Shown piece by piece: positions 9,641 through 19,956 of a stretch of DNA of 58,681 nt. The position numbers were made by a program, and so were the translations under genes. The stretch covers positions 1 to 58,681 of the IMG/VR virus record IMGVR_UViG_3300025687_000049; one strand, written 5' to 3'. The notes beneath the pieces were generated by a model. That model was given only the letters and a program-made list of their open reading frames with translations, was not told the DNA's origin and made no database searches. Position 1 is the stretch's first letter. Every line of letters starts with the position of its first letter. This DNA is from a virus. Lineage: Duplodnaviria; Caudoviricetes.

Positions 9641-11178
9641 TAAGCGATCCTTCCAATCTTGGTAAAGAGTTCGAGCTGTTGTAAGGCAAACTGGCCTGTC
9701 ACTGAAGTCTCAATCTTTATCCGGTAATACTGACCCACACCACGTGCGGGGACTTTAATGATCTGCAGGAATAAGCCTCCTGACCATTCTCCCAAAGCCC
9801 ACTCAGCTATGTTCCATTCGGATGCTGAGGGATCATTTATAGCTCTGCTTATTGCCTGATCATTCTCACGGAAGTCGGTAGCCCACTTGTATTCGATACC
9901 GGCGTTGTTCCGTACAAATAAGATGGATCCGATTCTCTTGAGCATCTTGAGCCGGTTGCCCAGCTCTTCTCCAAGGTCCATCCAAGGGGAGGCATACTCG
10001 TAACGTATGAGGTCACCGTTGTCTGAGTCTGCTCCGTAGGTCCACACTTCTCCAGGAGAGCCGAAGAGGATATCACCGTTCTGTCTAACGCAGAAGGCTG
10101 TGGGGAATAAGTCCCAGGTGGTGCATGGGAAGATTAACTCACCTTCCTCATCTTTAAATTTGTTTCGTATATCGAAGACGTATGTGGTCTTCTGTACCGG
10201 CACACTCAATAAGTAGAAGCCTTCTTCTGGAGAGTATGCTGATCGTAGGTCTAGGTCATCCTCTAAGGCTATGTCGGTAAGGAAGTCATCTCTGACATAC
10301 TTTGATACATTTGCGATAGGGTTACTCTTCTCGAAGACTACTCGACCAAGGGATTGAAGACCATTACGTGACAGGAATACTAAGTCGGTCTCACCGATAG
10401 CCTGTAGGGTCCAGTGTGACTTACAACCAGTACCTTCGATTACGTCTATAACGACGAGTTGCGTTGGAGATATGCCGAGCTGAGACCCTTGGCTGTCGTC
10501 CCAGATGACGATGTGGTTTCGGCCGAAGACGACGAACGACCCGTTGAAAGCCGCGATCGCAGTGACTTCATCCATTCCACCAGTCCAAACGTTCGACATG
10601 TCGATACTTCCTGCACCAGCACCCCCCCAGTCCGCTTCGTCCAACGTAGCAGTATACTTAATAGTCTGACCGTCAGAATCGAGAGCCCAGACACGACCAA
10701 AAGCACAGAGGCCAATGCCATTATGGGAAGTAGGAGCAGTACCACTAGACTCAGTAATAGTTGCAAATGTGGATCCCGAATAGACGATAGGTTTTTGACC
10801 ATGTTGAAATCCTATAACTTTGTTGTTAAAGTTCTGGAACCACCATCGACCGTCCGCGTCGGTTACCGCTCCTGACACATCATTCCCTTCTGGATCTGAC
10901 AGGGAGTTTCCTATCCCACCATTCCAGGAGACTAACATCTCTACTGTACCATCCCCTTGGAGGTACTCGTGTATTGCCTCTACGTCTGGGGAGGATGTAA
11001 TTGCGGTGGTGGATGTGACACTATAGCCATTCCTTGCAGCCAGCCGGCGAGCATCATCCAGGACACAGTTTAGGGCATTGGTAGCCCACACTGGATCCAA
11101 GATGGTACCTTTCTGCTGCAGATTCAGTCCCCGTACTCCAGGGGTTACTGCATCTATAGGGAGTAGCTGCTGCGACAT
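9640..11178 (-). CDS. Tail nozzle / DNA stabilization (tail tubular B-like) protein
   Basis: ~510 aa beta-propeller-like protein directly after the adaptor; podovirus gene order. Confidence 0.7.
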   Translation of the reverse strand: MSQQLLPIDAVTPGVRGLNLQQKGTILDPVWATNALNCVLDDARRLAARNGYSVTSTTAITSSPDVEAIHEYLQGDGTVEMLVSWNGGIGNSLSDPEGNDVSGAVTDADGRWWFQNFNNKVIGFQHGQKPIVYSGSTFATITESSGTAPTSHNGIGLCAFGRVWALDSDGQTIKYTATLDEADWGGAGAGSIDMSNVWTGGMDEVTAIAAFNGSFVVFGRNHIVIWDDSQGSQLGISPTQLVVIDVIEGTGCKSHWTLQAIGETDLVFLSRNGLQSLGRVVFEKSNPIANVSKYVRDDFLTDIALEDDLDLRSAYSPEEGFYLLSVPVQKTTYVFDIRNKFKDEEGELIFPCTTWDLFPTAFCVRQNGDILFGSPGEVWTYGADSDNGDLIRYEYASPWMDLGEELGNRLKMLKRIGSILFVRNNAGIEYKWATDFRENDQAISRAINDPSASEWNIAEWALGEWSGGLFLQIIKVPARGVGQYYRIKIETSVTGQFALQQLELFTKIGRIA

Positions 11179-11888
11179 TATGTACGTACCAGTTCTATAC
11201 TATCACCCTGCCCATCAGAGTCTCTAGAGATAGCGGCATCCAGAGAGTCACGGAAGCGTTTCTCGTTAAACAGACCACTAGCTCCTAGCTCCTCGCCACG
11301 CTCCTCAAGCGCATACCAAGTAGCTCCAACAATGAGTGGGCGGATAGGAATCTTAATTATCTCAGATAGATCGGATGGTTCAAAGCGGGGTTGGGGGATA
11401 ACGAGCGTATGCTGAATAGTCCGCTCGGAAGAAGGGCGAGGCCAAACATATAACTCAAGGACATCCCCGGAGGTGTTGTCTAGCGCGAAGTAGAGGGGGT
11501 CATTCCGATTGTCAGGATCAACAGTATCTCGGTATAGGAGTTCTGCTAGGTCGATCTCGGTAAGTGGATCCGGATTGGTTGAGTCAGTGATGTCAAAAAC
11601 AAGGGGGATTATCTCGCCCCTGTCTTGTTGTAAAATCCTCACTACTCGTGAGCGTTCATTAGCCTCAGTGATAGCCACACTGTTGGTGTTGGCAGCTATC
11701 GTGGAGGTGTTGGTCTGACGGAGTGCTCGCCAGTTGTGAGCATCCTCAATCTCCTCTTTGATATCCTGAACGAACGATCCCACTAGGAGTTCGTAGGTCT
11801 CAGTGATAGAGGTGGCTGCTGCTGGTACTTGCTCTTCCCCAATCTTCTCTAGGACTCGGTTAATCGCTTGGAGGTATGTCGTCGCCAT
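11178..11888 (-). CDS. Head-tail adaptor (tail tubular A-like)
   Basis: TYLQAINRVL..IGE, W..LR, YVWP.P, ERGE.G motifs. Confidence 0.7.
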   Translation of the reverse strand: MATTYLQAINRVLEKIGEEQVPAAATSITETYELLVGSFVQDIKEEIEDAHNWRALRQTNTSTIAANTNSVAITEANERSRVVRILQQDRGEIIPLVFDITDSTNPDPLTEIDLAELLYRDTVDPDNRNDPLYFALDNTSGDVLELYVWPRPSSERTIQHTLVIPQPRFEPSDLSEIIKIPIRPLIVGATWYALEERGEELGASGLFNEKRFRDSLDAAISRDSDGQGDSIELVRT

Positions 11889-12033
11889 TAGGGTCCTCTG
11901 ATTTGAGTGCTTCTGTTGCCTTGTGTTCTAAGGTCAACAATACTTTTGCATCATCCTGGCTCTTCACCATACCATTCGCAAATGCGAACGCTACTAAAGC
12001 CAAGACGTTTCTGTAATCGTGTTCATTGAACAT
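11860..12033 (-). CDS. Small hypothetical protein (57 aa, below ORF track cutoff)
   Basis: ATG at 12033 with GGGAGAG RBS; MFNEHDYRNV...PPSD*. Confidence 0.55.
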   Translation of the reverse strand: MFNEHDYRNVLALVAFAFANGMVKSQDDAKVLLTLEHKATEALKSEDPNGDDIPPSD

Positions 12034-12060
12034 GTAAAATCTCTCCCAAGATATTGTGAA

Positions 12061-12121
12061 AGGGGTTGCCCCCTCCGCAGCTACTGCCCGTAGGCAATTC
12101 GTTAAGAGGGGGCTAGTCCTA
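12061..12121 (-). terminator. Branched stem-loop after capsid gene (attenuator or mRNA stabiliser)
   Basis: GCCCCCTC...GAGGGGGC stem with inner TGCC-TACG-GGCA hairpin; no clear U-tract. Confidence 0.4.
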
Positions 12122-12131
12122 AGGTAACCGA

Positions 12132-13088
12132 TTAAGTAGTCGGTACTACAAACGCATTTACGCTGTCATCACGCAGAACCTTCACACCGTAGATCATGTC
12201 AGTTACGAACAGATCGGCCAGGTATTCCAGCTTGTACTGAGACTGCGAACGCACACCCAACTGCTCAACCAATACGAGAGCGTCTCGTTGGAAGAAGATG
12301 CCGGAAACGTTGTCGGCATTGCCGAGTCCGTCTTCAACAAGAGGTGTACGGTTGGTTACGTAGAATTCAACGCCATAAGCGTCCCCTACGATACCGTTTC
12401 GGATGGTGTTACCAGCACCTACTTCGCCTACGAAGGCTTGTTCAGTGAAACGAGCAGTACCCGTTAAGTCGAACTTCGCAATCGTTGGGATCACAGCATA
12501 GCGACCCGCGCTAGGCGCATCCACGTCGTCCAGGAGTTTAACCTGGGTGCGGATACCTGCATCAGAGATGTCAGTCGTACCGGCTTCATCCCAAGTCGTA
12601 CCGTCACCTTCGTAGATGGTGTCGAACGTAGAAGCAGTCGTCAACGTATTCGTTGAAGACGTGTAGGTGAGGGAAGCAGAACCGGTGTTGAACGCTTCTA
12701 CCAACAGGTCCGAATCCACCTGCAGAGCAATGGCATAACCACCGTCATCAGTATAGAATCGACGCAAGCTCTCGAGTGCTTGGACATCAACGATGTCTTC
12801 GATCAAACGAGCGTAGTGCTTGTGTTTGTTGATGGAAATGCTCAGACCTGCGTCCGTGCCGTGTTGGATCAGAGAAACCTGAGTCTCAGCAGCTTTATCA
12901 GAAGCTGACCCGCGAGTCGGGGTAGGGATCTTGATCGTGTCGCCCTTCTTACCACGGTGGTTCAGTTTGCGAACGAGGTTTGCCATAACAAGATTGCTCT
13001 TGTATGCAGCAATAACTTCGTCGGACCAAAGCTCCGGGATAAAGTTGGGCACCTCGGTGGAGATGATATGGTTTGTACCAAGTGCCAT
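12132..13088 (-). CDS. Major capsid protein (HK97 fold)
   Basis: FIPELWS, KGDTIKIP, D..YGVK.LR motifs; follows scaffold. Confidence 0.9.
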   Translation of the reverse strand: MALGTNHIISTEVPNFIPELWSDEVIAAYKSNLVMANLVRKLNHRGKKGDTIKIPTPTRGSASDKAAETQVSLIQHGTDAGLSISINKHKHYARLIEDIVDVQALESLRRFYTDDGGYAIALQVDSDLLVEAFNTGSASLTYTSSTNTLTTASTFDTIYEGDGTTWDEAGTTDISDAGIRTQVKLLDDVDAPSAGRYAVIPTIAKFDLTGTARFTEQAFVGEVGAGNTIRNGIVGDAYGVEFYVTNRTPLVEDGLGNADNVSGIFFQRDALVLVEQLGVRSQSQYKLEYLADLFVTDMIYGVKVLRDDSVNAFVVPTT

Positions 13089-13122
13089 TATTTAATATCC
13101 TTGAAATTAAGGGTTTGAAAAG

Positions 13123-13929
13123 TTAGTCATCAACCCGCTTCTCTGCATACGCTCGGAGGATTTCCGCGCTACGTGCAGCATACTCGTCAGGATTACGCAT
13201 CTTTAATTCTACCAACTTACGTCGGGAGAAACGTTTCCCCGTATTCACGGTTGTGCCTGTGGATGAACTCTCTGTACCAGCAGCTTTAGCCGCGGCAAGT
13301 TCGTTCTGCTTGTTGGAATCCTGAGAAGGTGATTGTTGAACACCACCTTTGAATTCCGTGAGAAGGTCATCTAAAGCTTCGACATCCTGGTTCTGGACAG
13401 CGGCCTGTGCGATCCGAGTTCTGTAACTCTTCTCTTGCAGCCATGACTGGAACTGAGGACTATTAGCCACATCTGCAGCGTCTGGGTGACGCTCTTGTAT
13501 GGAGTTGGTCGTAACTTGTCCTTCTAGACGGTCTAGACGCGCCTGCATTTGAGCGTATGTCTCATCTGCTCCACGACGATGTTCGTAGTAGCGGTCCAGG
13601 ACCTCCTCTGGGTTGCTCAGCAATTCAGTCGGATCGATCTCAAATCGGCTGGACTGTTCTGCGTTCCCCAGGTCGGCTACTCGTTTCTCTTCCAGTGATA
13701 GAAAGCGATCCGTCATGCTCCGATAATCACCGAGTTCGTTCCGCATTCGACCCAATTCCGATTCAAGGTTTTGGTATGCGTGTGCGATCTCTTCTGCAGA
13801 TTTATCTTTGAACTTATCCGGGATGGATCGAGCGTTCTGCTGCTCTTCCTGGGGTTTCTGATTCTCTGCTTCGGATTCCTGATTAAGGTCCACTTGTACA
13901 TCGACCGGTTGGTCAACTAAAATACCCAT
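13123..13929 (-). CDS. Capsid scaffolding protein
   Basis: IPDKFKDKS.EEI..AY.NLE..LG motif, acidic coiled coil, AY.E.RV C-terminus; upstream of capsid. Confidence 0.8.
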   Translation of the reverse strand: MGILVDQPVDVQVDLNQESEAENQKPQEEQQNARSIPDKFKDKSAEEIAHAYQNLESELGRMRNELGDYRSMTDRFLSLEEKRVADLGNAEQSSRFEIDPTELLSNPEEVLDRYYEHRRGADETYAQMQARLDRLEGQVTTNSIQERHPDAADVANSPQFQSWLQEKSYRTRIAQAAVQNQDVEALDDLLTEFKGGVQQSPSQDSNKQNELAAAKAAGTESSSTGTTVNTGKRFSRRKLVELKMRNPDEYAARSAEILRAYAEKRVDD

Positions 13930-13994
13930 TGATGCTCCTTTTTCCCGTCTTGTTCAAAGATTAAGGGAATTTGAGTGTGTTGATTGAAGGGGGT

Positions 13995-14309
13995 TTACGA
14001 GTCCTGCTGATTGTTGTAATGCTGGCTGCGCCCGGATGCACCGGGAGCTGGGCCATAATCACCGTGGTCAGCGTAGGTCTTTTCTTCCTTAGCCTTCTGC
14101 TTTTTATGCATCGTATCGAAACGAGCTATCGCTTCGGGTGATGCGGATTCGCCCATAGCTAGACTGGACCAATGTGGTTTTGCAGTCTGTAGTATGACGC
14201 GGTGAGAGACTCCGTGACACTCAGAGCAGATGGACATTCTGTCTTCTACTCTACAATAGTGCTCTTCGACGGAGCCACATTCTTCGCAACGAAAGTCATG
14301 GAGTATCAT
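13995..14309 (-). CDS. FmdB-like zinc-ribbon protein
   Basis: DFRCEECG...C.EC motif. Confidence 0.65.
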   Translation of the reverse strand: MILHDFRCEECGSVEEHYCRVEDRMSICSECHGVSHRVILQTAKPHWSSLAMGESASPEAIARFDTMHKKQKAKEEKTYADHGDYGPAPGASGRSQHYNNQQDS

Positions 14310-14310
14310 G

Positions 14311-14646
14311 TTAGAGCCCTAGATTTACAGAGATCTCATCGAACTCTTGATCCAGGGTTGGATCTTCAGCTACTTCTACATTCTCTTCCGCAGTTTGAGT
14401 CAGTCTTGCTGCCAGGATCTCCTCGAGATTAAGCACTAGGTTTAGTGCGTCTCTTGATCCCCGGGCATATACATACTGATCCCAGTTGTTCGCATTCTCG
14501 ATAATTGCTGCAACGCTCTCTGCGTTCCCAGTCAAGAATCGGACTAGGAGGTCGTAACCTCGGGAGGCTAAAAGCTCTTCCCATATCTCTAGTTCTTGTT
14601 TGTCTTCCGGCGTAAGCGCCGCAAGTATGTCTTGTGATAAATCCAT
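14311..14646 (-). CDS. Hypothetical protein (portal-scaffold interval)
   Basis: Acidic helical ORF with GGGAGAG RBS. Confidence 0.6.
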   Translation of the reverse strand: MDLSQDILAALTPEDKQELEIWEELLASRGYDLLVRFLTGNAESVAAIIENANNWDQYVYARGSRDALNLVLNLEEILAARLTQTAEENVEVAEDPTLDQEFDEISVNLGL

Positions 14647-14666
14647 CAGTCTCTCCCTAATGTATT

Positions 14667-16709
14667 TTAATTAGTGCCTTGTTTAGCTTTTTGGGCTACC
14701 TGCCTACGTTGTAGCTCAAGGCGCTCTCGGTTGATGTCATTTTGTTCTGCATTGTTCTGAACCTCAGCCTGAGCAACACCCAGCTTCCCGACTTCTACGT
14801 TGGTACGTATTTCCTCGGTCGTAGCTTTGCGTTCTTGGACCACTGCCCGGGCCAGTAACTCTCGAATCTCAGCCAGAATCTTCTGATTCTCGACCGTGAT
14901 ACTCTCAAGTTCCAGACCTTTGATCTTCTGTTCCATCTCAGCAAGTCGTTGCTGTGATTCTTGCTCTTGGGCTTGTTGCTGCTCGAGACGTTCTTTGTCG
15001 GACTCAAGTGCAGCCATGATAGCAGCTTTGTTAATCACAGAAGACATCTCAACGAATCCTTGTGCAGCGGTCAGTTTAGCACCGACTGCATGCTCAGGAA
15101 GCATCCCGATTAACTGTGTGATATTGAGCTGCTCGATCTCTCGTGCTATAATACCCAGCTGACCTTTTACGATAAACTTGGTATCTTCCCAAGGGTATCG
15201 GCTAGGGGTAAACTGCAGGTACCGTAGTGCCATGCATTTGATTAGGGGGAGAATGAGGTTGCGTTCGATGTTGTTGACACTGCGCTTACTTCGTTTAACG
15301 AAGGCACCTAGCATCATGCTACCACTGTTGGCTGCATTCCCACCGGACTGTGTGTTACCCCGTAAGGTGGTGGCTGTATCGAAGGCACCGGTACCCATCT
15401 GTACCATCTGAGTCAATTCCCCAGTATGGTTGAAGGTGTTCGGATCTACCTGACCGATACCCACCGGCTGGAGGATCTCTGACGGAGGACCATTGGTCAA
15501 CCATACTTTGCCGGGCTTGATCTCTGGTTTGAATCCACGTGGTATCCGACCTGAGTCCATCCCGAGCATGGGAGCGGATACGAAACCTAGCGCATCCATT
15601 CGAGCCCTCATCTCACCATCAAGAGCTTTCTGTGGGTTGTAGCCCTTCTCAGAAACACCACGTCCCCAGAAGTGGCCTGGAACCTTCTCCCAAGGGAATG
15701 CGATCACTGATCGATCAACCTTGACAAAAGGGTTAGCCATTGCCCGAAGCAGGATGCTCTCATTACCGATTGTGACGATAGCCTCTACTAGGGGTCCTTC
15801 ATCACCATCAGCCTCATAGTCCTCAGCGAGTAGCTGATCTACCAGGTTATCGGATCCACCATTCGCCTCCTCGAGGAGGAAGAGAGGTACCTTTCCGTGG
15901 TACTCTAGGATATGCATTGCATCTGTGTCGGAGTCATTGACGGTAACTGCTTCTGCGAAGTCAGCTTCGTCTCCTGTCCGCGGAGATGTGATTGCTAGGA
16001 TATAGCCCAATGCGTCCTGTCTGTAAGTTCCTTGACGGATCTTCTCCAACGTACCGACCACCGGTTTGTTCCGGTACTCAATACCACACCCCAACATTCC
16101 AGCTATTGAAGTAGCTGCAGGGTCTGGGATGAATTGGTCTGGACGTACTGACTCAGGGGTTACGATAACAGTCTCGTTATCCTCGCCGACCAATCGACCT
16201 TCGTCATTGCGCTTTATGACCTTCTCGTTGTATGTATCAACGTTGATCTTTACGATTCCGGTGCCGAAAAGGGCGGCATTGGTGATAGCTTCGCTTAGGA
16301 CGGACTTGGTGTCTACCAGCTCCATATCCTCACGCAGCTGATCACGCATCAGCAGTGCATCGACTTTCTCCTCATCCTGGATATCATCGACCACATCAAA
16401 CCAGACTTCTCGTGAAAGGAGTGTTTCTTCCACTTCCGCCACTGAAGTCTCTACTGCTTGAGCTAGAGCGGGGGCAATAAGCCGTGACCGCTCTGAGCTA
16501 CGATTCTTATCTTGTGCGGCCCAATAGCCGCGCCACATACGCCAATATTCAGCCCATCGAGCTGCTTCAGGAAGGCGGTTGCGGTAATCACGCCAAGGAC
16601 CTACCCTACCAATAACCCAGGAGGTCAGCCGGTTGCCAGGAACATTCTCTGCTCCCTTACCACCGGAATCAATCTCTCGCGGATTGTCTACGAGTATTTC
16701 AATGCCCAT
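14667..16709 (-). CDS. Portal protein
   Basis: 680 aa; A.FGTGI.K, F.PDP.A, FWGRGV.E motifs; C-terminal coiled-coil barrel; follows TerL. Confidence 0.88.
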   Translation of the reverse strand: MGIEILVDNPREIDSGGKGAENVPGNRLTSWVIGRVGPWRDYRNRLPEAARWAEYWRMWRGYWAAQDKNRSSERSRLIAPALAQAVETSVAEVEETLLSREVWFDVVDDIQDEEKVDALLMRDQLREDMELVDTKSVLSEAITNAALFGTGIVKINVDTYNEKVIKRNDEGRLVGEDNETVIVTPESVRPDQFIPDPAATSIAGMLGCGIEYRNKPVVGTLEKIRQGTYRQDALGYILAITSPRTGDEADFAEAVTVNDSDTDAMHILEYHGKVPLFLLEEANGGSDNLVDQLLAEDYEADGDEGPLVEAIVTIGNESILLRAMANPFVKVDRSVIAFPWEKVPGHFWGRGVSEKGYNPQKALDGEMRARMDALGFVSAPMLGMDSGRIPRGFKPEIKPGKVWLTNGPPSEILQPVGIGQVDPNTFNHTGELTQMVQMGTGAFDTATTLRGNTQSGGNAANSGSMMLGAFVKRSKRSVNNIERNLILPLIKCMALRYLQFTPSRYPWEDTKFIVKGQLGIIAREIEQLNITQLIGMLPEHAVGAKLTAAQGFVEMSSVINKAAIMAALESDKERLEQQQAQEQESQQRLAEMEQKIKGLELESITVENQKILAEIRELLARAVVQERKATTEEIRTNVEVGKLGVAQAEVQNNAEQNDINRERLELQRRQVAQKAKQGTN

Positions 16710-17108
16710 TTAATATCCTGCCTGCGGAGAGCAACCTTTCACGCGGTTGTCTTTTCGTGTTAGTATCTGAAGATTGCTGGTGCAGTGTAGTCCGCCTAAG
16801 GCAATCGGTGTCATGTGATCTACTTCAAACTCCTCCTCTCCGAGAGAAGCTAGTAGGTATATCAGGGAGAAGTCTTCTGCAGAGCAGCACCCGCATAATT
16901 GGTCTCGGACTCTCGCTCTACGTATTGCCGCGTTGCGGCGGGTAGTCAGGGGACTATTCTTATCTGTCCTTGGGTTTTTGGCTCTATAGGAGTTGAGGTA
17001 CTCCTTCTTACAGGCTTTGCAGCTGTTGATGTGTCCATCGGCCATTTTAGAGTGTTTTCTAAACTCTGTGTGAGGCTTCTCTACCCCACAATCTTTGCAT
17101 ACCTTCAT
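16710..17108 (-). CDS. HNH homing endonuclease
   Basis: CKDC...CKAC zinc finger plus EVDH.TP...GGLH...NLQ.L....N..K; ATG overlaps terL stop. Confidence 0.85.
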   Translation of the reverse strand: MKVCKDCGVEKPHTEFRKHSKMADGHINSCKACKKEYLNSYRAKNPRTDKNSPLTTRRNAAIRRARVRDQLCGCCSAEDFSLIYLLASLGEEEFEVDHMTPIALGGLHCTSNLQILTRKDNRVKGCSPQAGY

Positions 17109-18448
17109 CAGTACCCACTTACTAAGTCTTGAGGTTCCCATAGATCTTCGAAATCATCCATGTCAGCCCATACTGTTGATGCTAATTGGTCCACGTAAGC
17201 GACTGCATCAGGACCATCATCATGTGACAAAGGGTCACCGAGGTCTGAGCACTGGTCAAGGAACCACTGATTCCACGGTCCCTCTACAAGCTTGACCATC
17301 CCTCTCTGAGCCCTACCTTGTAGTGCCCAAACTATTCGATCTAACTTCTTCTGGTTACCGTGCTTTAAGTCATGTGGGGTAATGAACCGGTTAAGCCGGC
17401 GCATCTCATCTTCAAGATACGGGAGGACAGCGTTCTTAAGCGCCCCTTGTTCAATACCTAAGGTACATCCCGGGTGTTGTGAGCAGGTGCGAACGATACG
17501 TAGGGCTACTTCCCTTACGTCCCAATGACCGTGCTCTATGTTCAGCACGTACCATCCTTCTGGTCCTACCCATGTAACAGCAATAACGGTCTCATCAGAC
17601 CGCGGCTTGTGTTTACCATCCGACTTCGCATATCCAGCTAAGTCTACGGTGACTACAACATTACCTTGTGGGAGTTTCTTGTCTTTTACGATCTCAAACC
17701 ACTCGGGTTTAAGATGTTTTCCGGATCCTGATACGAAGCTGGCTTCCAGCTCCTGCCGGATGTGGTCTCTTGATCCACCTCGGCCGGCGAGTACCCTCTT
17801 GAGCTCGTTGCGAGCCAGGAGTGGGTTGTCTACGGACTTAAAGTGGAAAGCTTCCCACTCATCCCATGGACTATCCATCCCCATCTCAACTGGATCCCAG
17901 TTAGGAGGGGTAGGCTTGTCGATCGCACCCATAAAGAGTTTGTAAAAGTGGTTTTTCCCCTTCGGCGTACCGATGAAGAGTGCATCTCCTTCTACATCCA
18001 TCAAGGCAGGTTCTATGATCTCTTCCCAGACCATTTCCTTCATATCCGCGTACTCATCGAGTACAACGTATGAATAACCCTCACCACGTAGAGAATCTGG
18101 GTTATCCGCCCCTTTGATGAATATTTGTCTACCCGAGATTAGCTCGATCCACCCATCATTTACGTTTTCACGTTTGATGAACCCTCCCTGCTTCTGGTAC
18201 CCGAGTAGAGTACGCAATTTAGGCCACATCACACGACGGGCCTGGTCAGCAGTGGGGGCTACATAGTAGACCTTGTTTTCTGGGGTTAGTTTGTACCCTT
18301 TGTGGGTGTTTTGGAGGGCTGCAAGCCCGAGCATGGCAGCTGCGAAATGCGACTTTCCAAAACGTCTTCCCGCTGCAACCACCTTAAAGCGAGCCTTACT
18401 ATTGTAAATAGAGACTTGCCCGGGGTGCAGGGATACGTCAAGCTCCAT
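17108..18448 (-). CDS. terL: Terminase large subunit
   Basis: AGRRFGKS Walker A, LRG...VVLDEYA Walker B, IGTPKGKN, HDDGPDA nuclease motif. Confidence 0.95.
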   Translation of the reverse strand: MELDVSLHPGQVSIYNSKARFKVVAAGRRFGKSHFAAAMLGLAALQNTHKGYKLTPENKVYYVAPTADQARRVMWPKLRTLLGYQKQGGFIKRENVNDGWIELISGRQIFIKGADNPDSLRGEGYSYVVLDEYADMKEMVWEEIIEPALMDVEGDALFIGTPKGKNHFYKLFMGAIDKPTPPNWDPVEMGMDSPWDEWEAFHFKSVDNPLLARNELKRVLAGRGGSRDHIRQELEASFVSGSGKHLKPEWFEIVKDKKLPQGNVVVTVDLAGYAKSDGKHKPRSDETVIAVTWVGPEGWYVLNIEHGHWDVREVALRIVRTCSQHPGCTLGIEQGALKNAVLPYLEDEMRRLNRFITPHDLKHGNQKKLDRIVWALQGRAQRGMVKLVEGPWNQWFLDQCSDLGDPLSHDDGPDAVAYVDQLASTVWADMDDFEDLWEPQDLVSGY

Positions 18449-18660
18449 TACCTACGGGTAATGCCCATCGCTTTATCAGCAGCGGCTCGAGCGGCCGCGG
18501 CCGCATCTTGGCGACTAGAGATAGCACGTGATGCTTTCCCCGCTTGCCCACCAACATAACGCGAAGATGCTTGACGAGCATTCGCATTATTGAGCTTTCG
18601 CTTAGCACTATCGGTCATCTCGACCGGTTTGTGCTCTGATCCATCAACTTTCTTAACCAT
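18448..18660 (-). CDS. Small basic hypothetical protein
   Basis: Coupled ORF (TAATG overlaps). Confidence 0.5.
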   Translation of the reverse strand: MVKKVDGSEHKPVEMTDSAKRKLNNANARQASSRYVGGQAGKASRAISSRQDAAAAARAAADKAMGITRR

Positions 18661-18836
18661 TAAGTACGTCCCTTACCTCGGCTAGTACTTTGGTTGTCGG
18701 ATTGACCAGACTTACCCTGAAAAGACGGGGGCTTATGTAAGCGGTGCTTGGTCGGGCCTTTACCGGAGATGTTTCCACCACCAGATTGAATTCCAGAGCC
18801 ACTAGCGTCCGGAGTTTGGTTTGATTGATTAGCCAT
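18660..18836 (-). CDS. Small Gly/Ser/Lys-rich hypothetical protein
   Basis: GAGGA RBS, coupled ORF. Confidence 0.45.
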   Translation of the reverse strand: MANQSNQTPDASGSGIQSGGGNISGKGPTKHRLHKPPSFQGKSGQSDNQSTSRGKGRT

Positions 18837-19221
18837 TTGTATCCTCATGGTCTATGATTTCGGCCTCTTCTATCTCTAGATCGGAGGTCGATAGGTTTTT
18901 GATCCGAATAATAATTTCGGGATTATCCTCTCCAGCATCTGATTCGGTCTTAGCGTTCGAAACGAACTTGTCAAAAATCAGTTTTGCCGCCTGCACATTC
19001 CCTTCGAGAGCCTCTGCAGCCATACTTGCGAAGATAGCCTTGATCGTTTCAGGATCTACAGCTTCTCGTAAGGCTAGCTCAGCCTGCTCTTTCAGCTCAG
19101 TGATGCGGTTCTTAGCGCCCTTAGGACGACCTTTGGGGTTACCAGAAACCCCCTTGACGAATTGTCCTGAGGAAGATCGGATCACCTCCTTATTTGTATT
19201 GTCTTTCACAGCCTCTCCCAA
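18829..19221 (-). CDS. terS: Terminase small subunit (DUF5681-like)
   Basis: GQFVKGVSGNPKGRPKGAKN motif, G...AAK; upstream of terL. Confidence 0.75.
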   Translation of the reverse strand: MGEAVKDNTNKEVIRSSSGQFVKGVSGNPKGRPKGAKNRITELKEQAELALREAVDPETIKAIFASMAAEALEGNVQAAKLIFDKFVSNAKTESDAGEDNPEIIIRIKNLSTSDLEIEEAEIIDHEDTNG

Positions 19222-19249
19222 AGCTTGCGTAGCCAGCGCCAGAAGCGAA

Positions 19250-19591
19250 TTAAGAGGCCTCTAATACCGGGGGGAGCGGGGCTACTCCGTCTGTAACGGT
19301 AAAACCCACCGTATTTGACAGGGCACTCTCATCACCATCGATATCTATAGCAGTCAGCGCGATAACATTGCGCCCATCCGGGAAATTATCTAATGGAGCC
19401 TCGTATTGATTCTCCCCAACCAAGGTACCGACAACAATATAGAAAAAATCAGTCTCTTTAGAGATATTCTCGTTGTCAGAACGGTACAGATTGTAGTTTA
19501 AGGGTCCGTTTACCGGAGTCCCATCGACATTCTCAGTAGGTGCGGTCCAGCGTACTGTCCCTGGGTTCACACCCTTTTCAATATTAGCCAC
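19250..19591 (-). CDS. Single FN3-like domain protein (possible capsid decoration)
   Basis: W.AP.EN.DG, Y.LY, TA.D..G.ES..S motif. Confidence 0.65.
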   Translation of the reverse strand: MANIEKGVNPGTVRWTAPTENVDGTPVNGPLNYNLYRSDNENISKETDFFYIVVGTLVGENQYEAPLDNFPDGRNVIALTAIDIDGDESALSNTVGFTVTDGVAPLPPVLEAS

Positions 19592-19887
19592 TATTTTCTC
19601 CTTGAGAAGATGTTACGTATCCTACGTCCGATAGCCCCTAACTTGTAGGATCCTAACGGTTTACCGACCCTAAAGGCGGTTTTATCCTTGATTCTTGCGT
19701 GGTAGAACTTACCTTTCGACCTAGCAGTGAGGAAATCGAGCGAAAGCTCCTTTGGAATACCACCCCATACGTATTCTGGGTACTGTTTACGCTTATTGAA
19801 CTCTATATGCAGCTCTTGCGTAATTGTATTGTAACCAATCCGGCGTATTGCCTCACTATTGGTTATGTCTGTGTACAGGAGTGGCAT
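19591..19887 (-). CDS. KTSC domain protein
   Basis: S.AI..IGY.....L.IEF.....Y...G.P......F..A.SKG.F.H..IK. Confidence 0.8.
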   Translation of the reverse strand: MPLLYTDITNSEAIRRIGYNTITQELHIEFNKRKQYPEYVWGGIPKELSLDFLTARSKGKFYHARIKDKTAFRVGKPLGSYKLGAIGRRIRNIFSRRK

Positions 19888-19956
19888 GTTAGGCAGGCTT
19901 CCTTGCCGCAGTCAAATGTTTTGACATTGATCGTGCGTGGATCCAGTGACGAGAAC

